Of a DNA stretch of 64,000 nucleotides, positions 1 through 13,400 are shown one piece after another (the first letter of the stretch is position 1; each line of letters opens with the position of its first letter). Both the position numbers and the translations under genes were made by a program. Origin of the DNA: Eledone cirrhosa (Eukaryota); contig OZ024741.1 in NCBI GenBank assembly GCA_964016885.1, positions 245,458,001-245,522,000 on the forward strand, written 5' to 3'. A model generated the notes under the pieces. That model was given only the letters and a program-made list of their open reading frames with translations, was not told where the DNA came from and did not search any database.

Positions 1-3000
1 TTTTTAATGGATTTTTAATGGGTTTTTAATGGATTTTTTAAATGGATTTTTTTTAATGGATTTTTTTTAATGGGTTTTTTAAATGGATTTTTTTAATGGA
101 TTTTTAATGGATTTTTAATGGATTTTTAATGGTTTTTAATGGATTTTTTAAATGGATTTTTTTAATGGATTTTTTATGGATTTTTTAAATTGATTTTTTT
201 AATGGATTTTTTTTAATGGATTTTTTTTAATGGATTTTTTTTTTTAATGGATTTTTTTTTAATGGGTTTTTTTAATGGCTTTTTTAAATGGATTTTTTTA
301 ATGGATTTCTTTAATGGATTTTTTTAATGGATTTTTTTAATGGGTTTTTTTAATGGCTTTTTTAAATGGATTTTTTTAATGGATTTTTTTTAATGGGTTT
401 TTTTTTAATGGATTTTTTTTAATGGATTTTTTAAATGGATTTTTTTAATGAATTTTTTTTAATGGGTTTTTTTAAATGGATTTTTTTTAATGGATTTTTT
501 AAATGAATTTTTTTAATGGATTTTTTTAATGGGTTTTTTAAATGGATTTTTTAATGGATTTTTAATGGATTTTTAATGGGTTTTTAATGGATTTTTTAAT
601 GGATTTTTTTAAATGGATTTTTTTAATGGATTTTTAATGGATTTTTTTTAATGGATTTTTTTAATGGATTTTTTAATGGATTTTTTAATGGATTTTTTTT
701 AATGGATTTTTTTAATGGATTTTTTAAATGGATTTTTTAATGGATTTTTTTAATGGGTTTTTTTTAATGGATTTTTTTTAATGGATTTTTTAAATGGATT
801 TTTTTAATGGATTTTTTTTAATGGGTTTTTTAAATGGATTTTTTAATGGATTTTTAATGGATTTTTAATGGATTTTTAATGGGTTTTTAATGGATTTTTT
901 TAAATGGATTTTTTTAATGGATTTTTAATGGATTTTTTTAAATTGATTTTTTTTAATGGATTTTTTTTTTAATGGATTTTTTTTTAATGGATTTTTTTTT
1001 AATGGATTTTTTTAATGGGTTTTTTAAATGGATTTTTTAATGGATTTTTAATGGATTTTTAATGGGTTTTTTTAAATTGATTTTTTTAATGGGTTTTTTT
1101 TAATGGCTTTTTTTTAATGGGTTTTTTTAATGGCTTTTTTAAATGGATTTTTTTAATGGATTTTTTAATGGATTTTTTTTAATGGGTTTTTTAAATGGAT
1201 TTTTTAATGGATTTTTTAAATGGATTTTTTTAATGGATTTTTAATGGATTTTTTTAAATTGATTTTTTTTAATGGATTTTTTTTAATGGATTTTTTTTTT
1301 AATGGATTTTTTTAATGGGTTTTTTTAATGGCTTTTTTAAATGGATTTTTTTAATGGTTTTTTTTTAATGGGTTTTTTAAATGGATTTTTTAATGGATTT
1401 TTAATTGATTTTTAATGGATTTTTAATGGATTTTTAATGGGTTTTTAATGGATTTTTTTTAATGGATTTTTTTAATGGATTTTTAATGGATTTTTTTAAT
1501 GGATTTTTTTAATGGGTTTTTTTAATGGATTTTTTTTTAATGGATTTTTTTAATGGGTTTTTTTTAATGGATTTTTTTTAATGGATTTTTTAAATGGATT
1601 TTTTTAATGGATTTTTTTTAATGGGTTTTTTTAAATGGATTTTTTTTAATGGATTTTTAAATGAATTTTTTTAATGGATTTTTTAATGGGTTTTTTAAAT
1701 GGATTTTTTAATGGATTTTTAATGGATTTTTAATGGATTTTTAATGGATTTTTTAATGGATTTTTTTAAATGGATTTTTTTAATGGATTTTTAATGCATT
1801 TTTTTTAATGGATTTTTTTAATGGATTTTTTTTTTAATGGATTTTTTTTTAATGGATTTTTTTTTAATGAATTTTTTTTAATGGGTTTTTTAAATGGATT
1901 TTTTAATGGATTTTTAATGGATTTTTAATGGGTTTTTAATGGATTTTTTAATGGATTTTTTTAAATGGATTTTTTTAATGGATTTTTAATGGATTTTTTT
2001 TAATGGATTTTTTTAATGGATTTTTTAATGGATTTTTTAATGGATTTTTTTTAATGGATTTTTTTAATGGATTTTTTAAATGGATTTTTTTAATGGATTT
2101 TTTTAATGGTTTTTTTTTAATGGATTTTTTTTAATGGATTTTTAAATGGATTTTTTTAATGGATTTTTTTTAATGGGTTTTTTAAATGGATTTTTTAATG
2201 GATTTTTAATGGATTTTTAATGGATTTTTAATGGGTTTTTAATGGATTTTTTTAAATGGATTTTTTTAATGGATTTTTAATGGATTTTTTTAAATTGATT
2301 TTTTTTAATGGATTTTTTTTTTAATGGATTTTTTTTTAATGGATTTTTTTTTAATGGATTTTTTTAATGGGTTTTTTAAATGGATTTTTTAATGGATTTT
2401 TAATGGATTTATAATGGGTTTTTTTAAATTGATTTTTTTAATGGGTTTTTTTAATGGCTTTTTTTAAATGGGTTTTTTTAATGGCTTTTTTAAATGGATT
2501 TTTTTAATGGATTTTTTAATGGATTTTTTTTAATGGGTTTTTTAAATGGATTTTTTAATGGATTTTTTTAAATGGATTTTTTTAATGGATTTTTAATGGA
2601 TTTTTTTAAATTGATTTTTTTTAATGGATTTTTTTTAATGGATTTTTTTTTAATGGATTTTTTTAATGGGTTTTTTTAATGGCTTTTTTAAATGGATTTT
2701 TTTAATGGTTTTTTTTTAATGGGTTTTTTAAATGGATTTTTTAATGGATTTTTAATTGATTTTTAATGGATTTTTAATGGGTTTTTAATGGATTTTTGAA
2801 ATGGATTTTTTAATGGATTTTTTTTAATGGGTTTTTTAAATGGATTTTTTTAATGGATTTTTAATGGATTTTTAATGGATTTTTAATGGGTTTTTAATGG
2901 ATTTTTTAAATGGATTTTTTTAATGGATTTTTAATGGATTTTTTTAATGGATTTTTTTTAATGGTTTCTTTTAATGGATTTTTTTTTAATGGATTTTTTT

Positions 3001-6000
3001 TAATGGGTTTTTTTTTAATGGATTTTTTTTAATGGATTTTTTTAATGGATTTTTTAATGGATTTTTAATGGATTTTTTTTAATGGATTTTTTTAATGGAT
3101 TTTTTAATGGATTTTTTTATGGATTTTTTTTAATGGATTTTTTTTAATGGATTTTTTAAATGGATTTTTTTAATGGATTTTTTGAATGGGTTTTTTTAAT
3201 GGATTTCTTTTTAATGGATTTTTTAAATGGATTTTTTTAATGGATTTTTTTAATGGGTTTTTTAAATGGATTTTTTAATGTATTTTTAATGGATTTTTAA
3301 TGGATTTTTAATGGGTTTTTAATGGATTTTTTTTAATGGATTTTTTTAATGGATTTTTAATGGATTTTTTTAATGGATTTTTTTTAATGGGTTTTTTTTA
3401 ATGGATTTTTTTTTAATGGATTTTTTTAATGGGTTTTTTAAATGGATTTTTTACTGGATTTTTAATGGATTTTTAATGGGTTTTTAATGGATTTTTTTAA
3501 ATTGATTTTTTTAATGGGTTTTTTTTAATGGCTTTTTTTTAATGGGTTTATTTAATGGCTTTTTTAAATGGATTTTTTAAATGGATTTTTTTAATGGATT
3601 TTTTTTAATGGGTTTTTTAAATGGATTTTTTAATGGATTTTTTTAAATTGATTTTTTTTAATGGATTTTTTTTTTAATGGATTTTTTTAATGGTTTTTTT
3701 TAATGGCTTTTTTAAATGGATTTTTTTAATGGATTTTTTTAATGGATTTTTTTTAATGGGTTTTTTAAATGGATTTTTTAATGGATTTTTAATAAATTTT
3801 TGATGGATTTTTAATGGGTTTTTAATGGATTTTTTAAATGGATTTTTTTAATGGATTTTTTTTAATGGGTTTTTTAAATGGATTTTTTTAATGGATTTTT
3901 AATGGATTTTTAATGGATTTTTAATGGTTTTTAATGGATTTTTTAAATGGATTTTTTTAATGGATTTTTTATGGATTTTTTAAATTGATTTTTTTTAATG
4001 GATTTTTTTAATGGATTTTTTTTAATGGATTTTTTTTTTTAATGGATTTTTTTTTAATGGGTTTTTTTAATGGCTTTTTTAAATGGATTTTTTTAATGGA
4101 TTTCTTTAATGGATTTTTTTAATGGATTTTTTTTTAATGGGTTTTTTTAATGGCTTTTTTAAATGGATTTTTTTAATGGATTTTTTTAATGGGTTTTTTT
4201 TTAATGGATTTTTTTTAATGGATTTTTTAAATGGATTTTTTTAATGAATTTTTTTTAATGGGTTTTTTTAAATGGATTTTTTTTAATGGATTTTTTAAAT
4301 GAATTTTTTTAATGGATTTTTTTAATGGTTTTTTTTTTAATGGATTTTTTTTAATGGGTTTTTTAAATGGATTTTTTAATGGATTTTTAATGGATTTTTA
4401 ATGGGTTTTTAATGGATTTTTTTAAATGGATTTTTTTAATGGATTTTTAATGGATTTTTTTAAATTGATTTTTTTAATGGGTTTTTTTTAATGGCTTTTT
4501 TTAATGGGTTTTTTTAATGGATTTTTTTAATGGATTTTTTTAATGGATTTTTTTTAATGGGTTTTTTAAATGGATTTTTTAATGGATTTTTTTAAATGGA
4601 TTTTTTTAATGGATTTTTAATGGATTTTTTTAAATTGATTTTTTTTAATGGATTTTTTTTTTAATGGATTTTTTTTTAATGGATTTTTTTTAATGGATTT
4701 TTTTAATGGGTTTTTTAAATGGATTTTTTAATGGATTTTTAATGGATTTATAATGGGTTTTTTTAAATTGATTTTTTTAATGGGTTTTTTTAATGGCTTT
4801 TTTTAAATGGGTTTTTTTAATGGCTTTTTTAAATGGATTTTTTTAATGGATTTTTTAATGGATTTTTTTTAATGGGTTTTTTAAATGGATTTTTTAATGG
4901 ATTTTTTTAAATGGATTTTTTTAATGGATTTTTAATGGATTTTTTTAAATTGATTTTTTTTAATTGATTTTTTTTAATGGATTTTTTTCTTAATGGATTT
5001 TTTTAATGGGTTTTTTTAATGGCTTTTTTAAATGGATTTTTTTAATGGTTTTTTTTTAATGGGTTTTTTAAATGGATTTTTTAATGGATTTTTAATTGAT
5101 TTTTAATGGATTTTTAATGGGTTTTTAATGGATTTTTGAAATGGATTTTTTAATGGATTTTTTTTAATGGGTTTTTTAAATGGATTTTTTTAATGGATTT
5201 TTAATGGATTTTTAATGGATTTTTAATGGGTTTTTAATGGATTTTTTAAATGGATTTTTTTAATGGATTTTTAATGGATTTTTTTAATGGATTTTTTTTA
5301 ATGGTTTCTTTTAATGGATTTTTTTTTAATGGATTTTTTTTAATGGGTTTTTTTTTAATGGATTTTTTTTAATGGATTTTTTTAATGGATTTTTTTAATG
5401 GATTTTTAATGGATTTTTTTTTATGGATTTTTTTTAATGGATTTTTTTTAATGGATTTTTTAAATGGATTTTTTTAATGGATTTTTTTAATGGGTTTTTT
5501 TAATGGATTTCTTTTTAATGGATTTTTTAAATGGATTTTTTTAATGGATTTTTTTAATGGGTTTTTTAAATGGATTTTTTAATGTATTTTTAATGGATTT
5601 TTAATGGATTTTTAATGGGTTTTTAATGGATTTTTTTTAATGGATTTTTTTAATGGATTTTTTTAATGGATTTTTTTTAATGGGTTTTTTTAATGGCTTT
5701 TTTAAATGGATTTTTTTAATGGATTTTTTTTAATGGGTTTTTTTTTAATGGATTTTTTTTAATGGATTTTTTAAATGGATTTTTTTAATGAATTTTTTTT
5801 AATGGGTTTTTTTAAATGGATTTTTTTTAATGGATTTTTTAAATGAATTTTTTTAATGGATTTTTTTAATGGTTTTTTTAAATGGATTTTTTAATGGATT
5901 TTTAATGGATTTTTAATGGGTTTTTAATGGATTTTTTAATGGATTTTTTTAAATGGATTTTTTTAATGGATTTTTAATGGATTTTTTTTAATGGATTTTT

Positions 6001-7466
6001 TTAATGGATTTTTTAATGGATTTTTTAATGGATTTTTTTTAATGGATTTTTTTAATGGATTTTTTAAATGGATTTTTTAATGGATTTTTTTAATGGGTTT
6101 TTTTTAATGGATTTTTTTTTAATGGATTTTTTAAATGGATTTTTTTTAATGGGTTTTTTAAATGGATTTTTTAATGGATTTTTAATGGATTTTTAATGGA
6201 TTTTTAATGGGTTTTTAATGGATTTTTTTAAATGGATTTTTTTAATGGATTTTTAATGGATTTTTTTAAATTGATTTTTTTTAATGGATTTTTTTTTTAA
6301 TGGATTTTTTTTTAATGGATTTTTTTTTAATGGATTTTTTTAATGGGTTTTTTAAATGGATTTTTTAATGGATTTTTAATGGATTTTTAATGGGTTTTTT
6401 TAAATTGATTTTTTTAATGGGTTTTTTTTAATGGCTTTTTTTTAATGGGTTTTTTTAATGGCTTTTTTAAATGGATTTTTTTAATGGATTTTTTAATGGA
6501 TTTTTTTTAATGGGTTTTTTAAATGGATTTTTTAATGGATTTTTTTAAATGGATTTTTTTAATGGATTTTTAATGGATTTTTTTAAATTGATTTTTTTTA
6601 ATGGATTTTTTTTAATGGATTTTTTTTTTAATGGATTTTTTTAATGGGTTTTTTTAATGGCTTTTTTAAATGGATTTTTTTAATGGTTTTTTTTTAATGG
6701 GTTTTTTAAATGGATTTTTTAATGGATTTTTAATTGATTTTTAATGGATTTTTAATGGGTTTTTAATGGATTTTTTTAAATGGATTTTTTTAATGGATTT
6801 TTAATGGATTTTTTTAAATTGATTTTTTTAATGGATTTTTTTTTTAATGGATTTTTTTTAATGGATTTTTGTTTTAATGGATATTTTTAATGGGTTTTTT
6901 AAATGGATTTTTTAATGGATTTTTAATGGATTTTTAATGGGTTTTTAATGGATTTTTTTAAATGGATTTTTTTAATGGATTTTTAATGGCTTTTTTTAAA
7001 TTGATTTTTTTAATGGGTTTTTTTAATGGCTTTTTTTTAATGGGTTTTTTTAATGGCTTTTTTAAATGGATTTTTTTAATGGATTTTTTTAATGGATTTT
7101 TTTTAATGGGTTTTTTAAATGGATTTTTTAATGGATTTTTTTAAATGTTTTTTTTAATGGATTTTTAATGGATTTTTTTAAATTGATTTTTTTTAATGGA
7201 TTTTTTTTAATGGATTTTTTTTTAATGGATTTTTTAATGGGTTTTTTTAATGGCTTTTTTAAATGGATTTTTTTAATGGATTTTTTTATTGGATTTTTTT
7301 AATGGGTTTTTTAATGGATTTTTAATGGATTTTTTTAAATTGATTTTTTTTAATGTATTTTTTTTTTAATGGATTTTTTTTTAATGGATTTTTTTTTAAT
7401 GGATTTTTTTTAATGGGTTTTTTTAATGGGTTTTTTAAATGGATTTTTTAATGGATTTTTAATAGA
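1..7466. repeat. Higher-order repeat copy A (~7.47 kb; phase set arbitrarily by the window start)
   Basis: Landmarks GGATTTCTTT (C309), AATGCA (C1797), GGATTTATA (A2411), TTTTTGAAAT (G2798), GGTTTCTTTT (C2968) recur at +7465 to +7470 (7774, 9265, 9880, 10268, 10438) and at about +16030 (e.g. 16336, 17827). Confidence 0.9.
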
Positions 7467-10400
7467 TTTTTAATGGATTTTTAATGGGTTTTTAATGGAT
7501 TTTTTAAATGGATTTTTTTTAATGGATTTTTTTTAATGGGTTTTTTAAATGGATTTTTTTAATGGATTTTTAATGGATTTTTAATGGATTTTTAATGGTT
7601 TTTAATGGATTTTTTAAATGGATTTTTTTAATGGATTTTTTATGGATTTTTTAAATTGATTTTTTTAATGGATTTTTTTTAATGGATTTTTTTTAATGGA
7701 TTTTTTTTTTTAATGGATTTTTTTTAATGGGTTTTTTTAATGGCTTTTTTAAATGGATTTTTTTAATGGATTTCTTTAATGGATTTTTTTAATGGATTTT
7801 TTTTAATGGGTTTTTTTAATGGCTTTTTTAAATGGATTTTTTTAATGGATTTTTTTTAATGGGTTTTTTTTTAATGGATTTTTTTTAATGGATTTTTTAA
7901 ATGGATTTTTTTAATGAATTTTTTTTAATGGGTTTTTTTAAATGGATTTTTTTTAATGGATTTTTTAAATGAATTTTTTTAATGGATTTTTTTAATGGGT
8001 TTTTTAAATGGATTTTTTAATGGATTTTTAATGGATTTTTAATGGGTTTTTAATGGATTTTTTAATGGATTTTTTTAAATGGATTTTTTTAATGGATTTT
8101 TAATGGATTTTTTTTAATGGATTTTTTTAATGGATTTTTTAATGGATTTTTTAATGGATTTTTTTTAATGGATTTTTTTAATGGATTTTTTAAATGGATT
8201 TTTTAATGGATTTTTTTAATGGGTTTTTTTTAATGGATTTTTTTTTAATGGATTTTTTAAATGGATTTTTTTAATGGATTTTTTTTAATGGGTTTTTTAA
8301 ATGGATTTTTTAATGGATTTTTAATGGATTTTTAATGGATTTTTAATGGGTTTTTAATGGATTTTTTTAAATGGATTTTTTTAATGGATTTTTAATGGAT
8401 TTTTTTAAATTGATTTTTTTTAATGGATTTTTTTTTTAATGGATTTTTTTTTAATGGATTTTTTTTTAATGGATTTTTTTAATGGGTTTTTTAAATGGAT
8501 TTTTTAATGGATTTTTAATGGATTTTTAATGGGTTTTTTTAAATTGATTTTTTTAATGGGTTTTTTTTAATGGCTTTTTTTTAATGGGTTTTTTTAATGG
8601 CTTTTTTAAATGGATTTTTTTAATGGATTTTTTAATGGATTTTTTTTAATGGGTTTTTTAAATGGATTTTTTAATGGATTTTTTTAATTGGATTTTTTTA
8701 ATGGATTTTTAATGGATTTTTTTAAATTGATTTTTTTTAATGGATTTTTTTTAATGGATTTTTTTTTTAATGGATTTTTTTAATGGGTTTTTTTAATGGC
8801 TTTTTTAAATGGATTTTTTTAATGGTTTTTTTTTAATGGGTTTTTTAAATGGATTTTTTAATGGATTTTTAATTGATTTTTAATGGATTTTTAATGGATT
8901 TTTAATGGGTTTTTAATGGATTTTTTTTAATGGATTTTTTTAATGGATTTTTAATGGATTTTTTTAATGGATTTTTTTAATGGGTTTTTTTAATGGATTT
9001 TTTTTTAATGGATTTTTTTAATGGGTTTTTTTTAATGGATTTTTTTTAATGGATTTTTTAAATGGATTTTTTTAATGGATTTTTTTTAATGGGTTTTTTT
9101 AAATGGATTTTTTTTAATGGATTTTTAAATGAATTTTTTTAATGGATTTTTTAATGGGTTTTTTAAATGGATTTTTTAATGGATTTTTAATGGATTTTTA
9201 ATGGATTTTTAATGGATTTTTTAATGGATTTTTTTAAATGGATTTTTTTAATGGATTTTTAATGCATTTTTTTTAATGGATTTTTTTAATGGATTTTTTT
9301 TTTAATGGATTTTTTTTTAATGGATTTTTTTTTAATGAATTTTTTTTAATGGGTTTTTTAAATGGATTTTTTAATGGATTTTTAATGGATTTTTAATGGG
9401 TTTTTAATGGATTTTTTAATGGATTTTTTTAAATGGATTTTTTTAATGGATTTTTAATGGATTTTTTTTAATGGATTTTTTTAATGGATTTTTTAATGGA
9501 TTTTTTAATGGATTTTTTTTAATGGATTTTTTTAATGGATTTTTTAAATGGATTTTTTTAATGGATTTTTTTAATGGTTTTTTTTTTATGGATTTTTTTT
9601 AATGGATTTTTTAAATGGATTTTTTTAATGGATTTTTTTTAATGGGTTTTTTAAATGGATTTTTTAATGGATTTTTAATGGATTTTTAATGGATTTTTAA
9701 TGGGTTTTTAATGGATTTTTTTAAATGGATTTTTTTAATGGATTTTTAATGGATTTTTTTAAATTGATTTTTTTTAATGGATTTTTTTTTTAATGGATTT
9801 TTTTTTAATGGATTTTTTTTTAATGGATTTTTTTAATGGGTTTTTTAAATGGATTTTTTAATGGATTTTTAATGGATTTATAATGGGTTTTTTTAAATTG
9901 ATTTTTTTAATGGGTTTTTTTAATGGCTTTTTTTAAATGGGTTTTTTTAATGGCTTTTTTAAATGGATTTTTTTAATGGATTTTTTAATGGATTTTTTTT
10001 AATGGGTTTTTTAAATGGATTTTTTAATGGATTTTTTTAAATGGATTTTTTTAATGGATTTTTAATGGATTTTTTTAAATTGATTTTTTTTAATGGATTT
10101 TTTTTAATGGATTTTTTTTTTAATGGATTTTTTTAATGGGTTTTTTTAATGGCTTTTTTAAATGGATTTTTTTAATGGTTTTTTTTTAATGGGTTTTTTA
10201 AATGGATTTTTTAATGGATTTTTAATTGATTTTTAATGGATTTTTAATGGGTTTTTAATGGATTTTTGAAATGGATTTTTTAATGGATTTTTTTTAATGG
10301 GTTTTTTAAATGGATTTTTTTAATGGATTTTTAATGGATTTTTAATGGATTTTTAATGGGTTTTTAATGGATTTTTTAAATGGATTTTTTTAATGGATTT

Positions 10401-13400
10401 TTAATGGATTTTTTTAATGGATTTTTTTTAATGGTTTCTTTTAATGGATTTTTTTTTAATGGATTTTTTTTAATGGGTTTTTTTTTAATGGATTTTTTTT
10501 AATGGATTTTTTTAATGGATTTTTTAATGGATTTTTAATGGATTTTTTTTAATGGATTTTTTTAATGGATTTTTTAATGGATTTTTTTATGGATTTTTTT
10601 TAATGGATTTTTTTAATGGGTTTTTTTTAATGGATTTTTTTAATGGGTTTTTTTAATGGATTTTTTTTTAATGGATTTTTTTAATGGGTTTTTTTTAATG
10701 GATTTTTTTTAATGGATTTTTTAAATGGATTTTTTTAATGGATTTTTTTTAATGGGTTTTTTTAAATGGATTTTTTTTAATGGATTTTTAAATGAATTTT
10801 TTTAATGGATTTTTTAATGGGTTTTTTAAATGGATTTTTTAATGGATTTTTAATGGATTTTTAATGGATTTTTAATGGATTTTTTAATGGATTTTTTTAA
10901 ATGGATTTTTTTAATGGATTTTTAATGCATTTTTTTTAATGGATTTTTTTAATGGATTTTTTTTTTAATGGATTTTTTTTTTATGGATTTTTTTTTAATG
11001 AATTTTTTTTAATGGGTTTTTTAAATGGATTTTTTAATGGATTTTTAATGGATTTTTAATGGGTTTTTAATGGATTTTTTAATGGATTTTTTTAAATGGA
11101 TTTTTTTAATGGATTTTTAATGGATTTTTTTTAATGGATTTTTTTAATGGATTTTTTAATGGATTTTTTAATGGATTTTTTTTAATGGATTTTTTTAATG
11201 GATTTTTTAAATGGATTTTTTTAATGGATTTTTTTAATGGTTTTTTTTTAATGGATTTTTTTTAATGGATTTTTAAATGGATTTTTTTAATGGATTTTTT
11301 TTAATGGGTTTTTTAAATGGATTTTTTAATGGATTTTTAATGGATTTTTAATGGATTTTTAATGGGTTTTTAATGGATTTTTTTAAATGGATTTTTTTAA
11401 TGGATTTTTAATGGATTTTTTTAAATTGATTTTTTTTAATGGATTTTTTTTTTAATGGATTTTTTTTTAATGGATTTTTTTTTAATGGATTTTTTTAATG
11501 GGTTTTTTAAATGGATTTTTTAATGGATTTTTAATGGATTTATAATGGGTTTTTTTAAATTGATTTTTTTAATGGGTTTTTTTAATGGCTTTTTTTAAAT
11601 GGGTTTTTTTAATGGCTTTTTTAAATGGATTTTTTTAATGGATTTTTTAATGGATTTTTTTTAATGGGTTTTTTAAATGGATTTTTTAATGGATTTTTTT
11701 AAATGGATTTTTTTAATGGATTTTTAATGGATTTTTTTAAATTGATTTTTTTTAATGGATTTTTTTTAATGGATTTTTTTTTTAATGGATTTTTTTAATG
11801 GGTTTTTTTAATGGCTTTTTTAAATGGATTTTTTTAATGGTTTTTTTTTAATGGGTTTTTTAAATGGATTTTTTAATGGATTTTAATTGATTTTTAATGG
11901 ATTTTTAATGGGTTTTTAATGGATTTTTGAAATGGATTTTTTAATGGATTTTTTTTAATGGGTTTTTTAAATGGATTTTTTTAATGGATTTTTAATGGAT
12001 TTTTAATGGATTTTTAATGGGTTTTTAATGGATTTTTTAAATGGATTTTTTTAATGGATTTTTAATGGATTTTTTAATGGATTTTTTTTAATGGTTTCTT
12101 TTAATGGATTTTTTTTTAATGGATTTTTTTAATGGGTTTTTTTTTAATGGATTTTTTTTAATGGATTTTTTTAATGGATTTTTTAATGGATTTTTAATGG
12201 ATTTTTTTTAATGGATTTTTTTAATGGATTTTTTAATGGATTTTTTTATGGATTTTTTTTAATGGATTTTTTTTAATGGATTTTTTAAATGGATTTTTTT
12301 AATGGATTTTTTGAATGGGTTTTTTTAATGGATTTCTTTTTAATGGATTTTTTAAATGGATTTTTTTAATGGATTTTTTTAATGGGTTTTTTAAATGGAT
12401 TTTTTAATGTATTTTTAATGGATTTTTAATGGATTTTTAATGGGTTTTTAATGGATTTTTTTTAATGGATTTTTTTAATGGATTTTTAATGGATTTTTTT
12501 AATGGATTTTTTTAATGGGTTTTTTTTAATGGATTTTTTTTTAATGGATTTTTTTAATGGGTTTTTTAAATGGATTTTTTACTGGATTTTTAATGGATTT
12601 TTAATGGGTTTTTAATGGATTTTTTTAAATTGATTTTTTTAATGGGTTTTTTTTAATGGCTTTTTTTTAATGGGTTTATTTAATGGCTTTTTAAATGGAT
12701 TTTTTAAATGGATTTTTTTAATGGATTTTTTTTAATGGGTTTTTTAAATGGATTTTTTAATGGATTTTTTTAAATTGATTTTTTTTAATGGATTTTTTTT
12801 TAATGGATTTTTTTAATGGTTTTTTTTAATGGCTTTTTTAAATGGATTTTTTTAATGGATTTTTTTAATGGATTTTTTTTAATGGGTTTTTTAAATGGAT
12901 TTTTTAATGGATTTTTAATAAATTTTTAATGGATTTTTAATGGGTTTTTAATGGATTTTTTAAATGGATTTTTTTAATGGATTTTTTTTAATGGGTTTTT
13001 AAATGGATTTTTTTAATGGATTTTTAATGGATTTTTAATGGATTTTTAATGGTTTTTAATGGATTTTTTAAATGGATTTTTTTAATGGATTTTTTATGGA
13101 TTTTTTAATTGATTTTTTTTAATGGATTTTTTTAATGGATTTTTTTAATGGATTTTTTTTTTTAATGGATTTTTTTTTAATGGGTTTTTTTAATGGCTTT
13201 TTAAATGGATTTTTTTAATGGATTTCTTTAATGGATTTTTTTAATGGATTTTTTTTTAATGGGTTTTTTAATGGCTTTTTTAAATGGATTTTTTTAATGG
13301 ATTTTTTTTAATGGGTTTTTTTTAATGGATTTTTTTTAATGGATTTTTTAAATGGATTTTTTTAATGATTTTTTTTAATGGGTTTTTTTAAATGGATTTT

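Noticed and set aside
1080-1140. G-quadruplex potential from GGG monomers
   Set aside because: GGG monomers are sparse and not present as four closely spaced runs; GG runs are separated by loops of 9 nt or more.
6962-7144. 60-aa ORF (MDFFNGFLMAFF...)
   Set aside because: Translation of the satellite: ATG occurs in nearly every monomer, and the frame avoids TAA by chance. The peptide is low-complexity F/N/G/M with no gene context.
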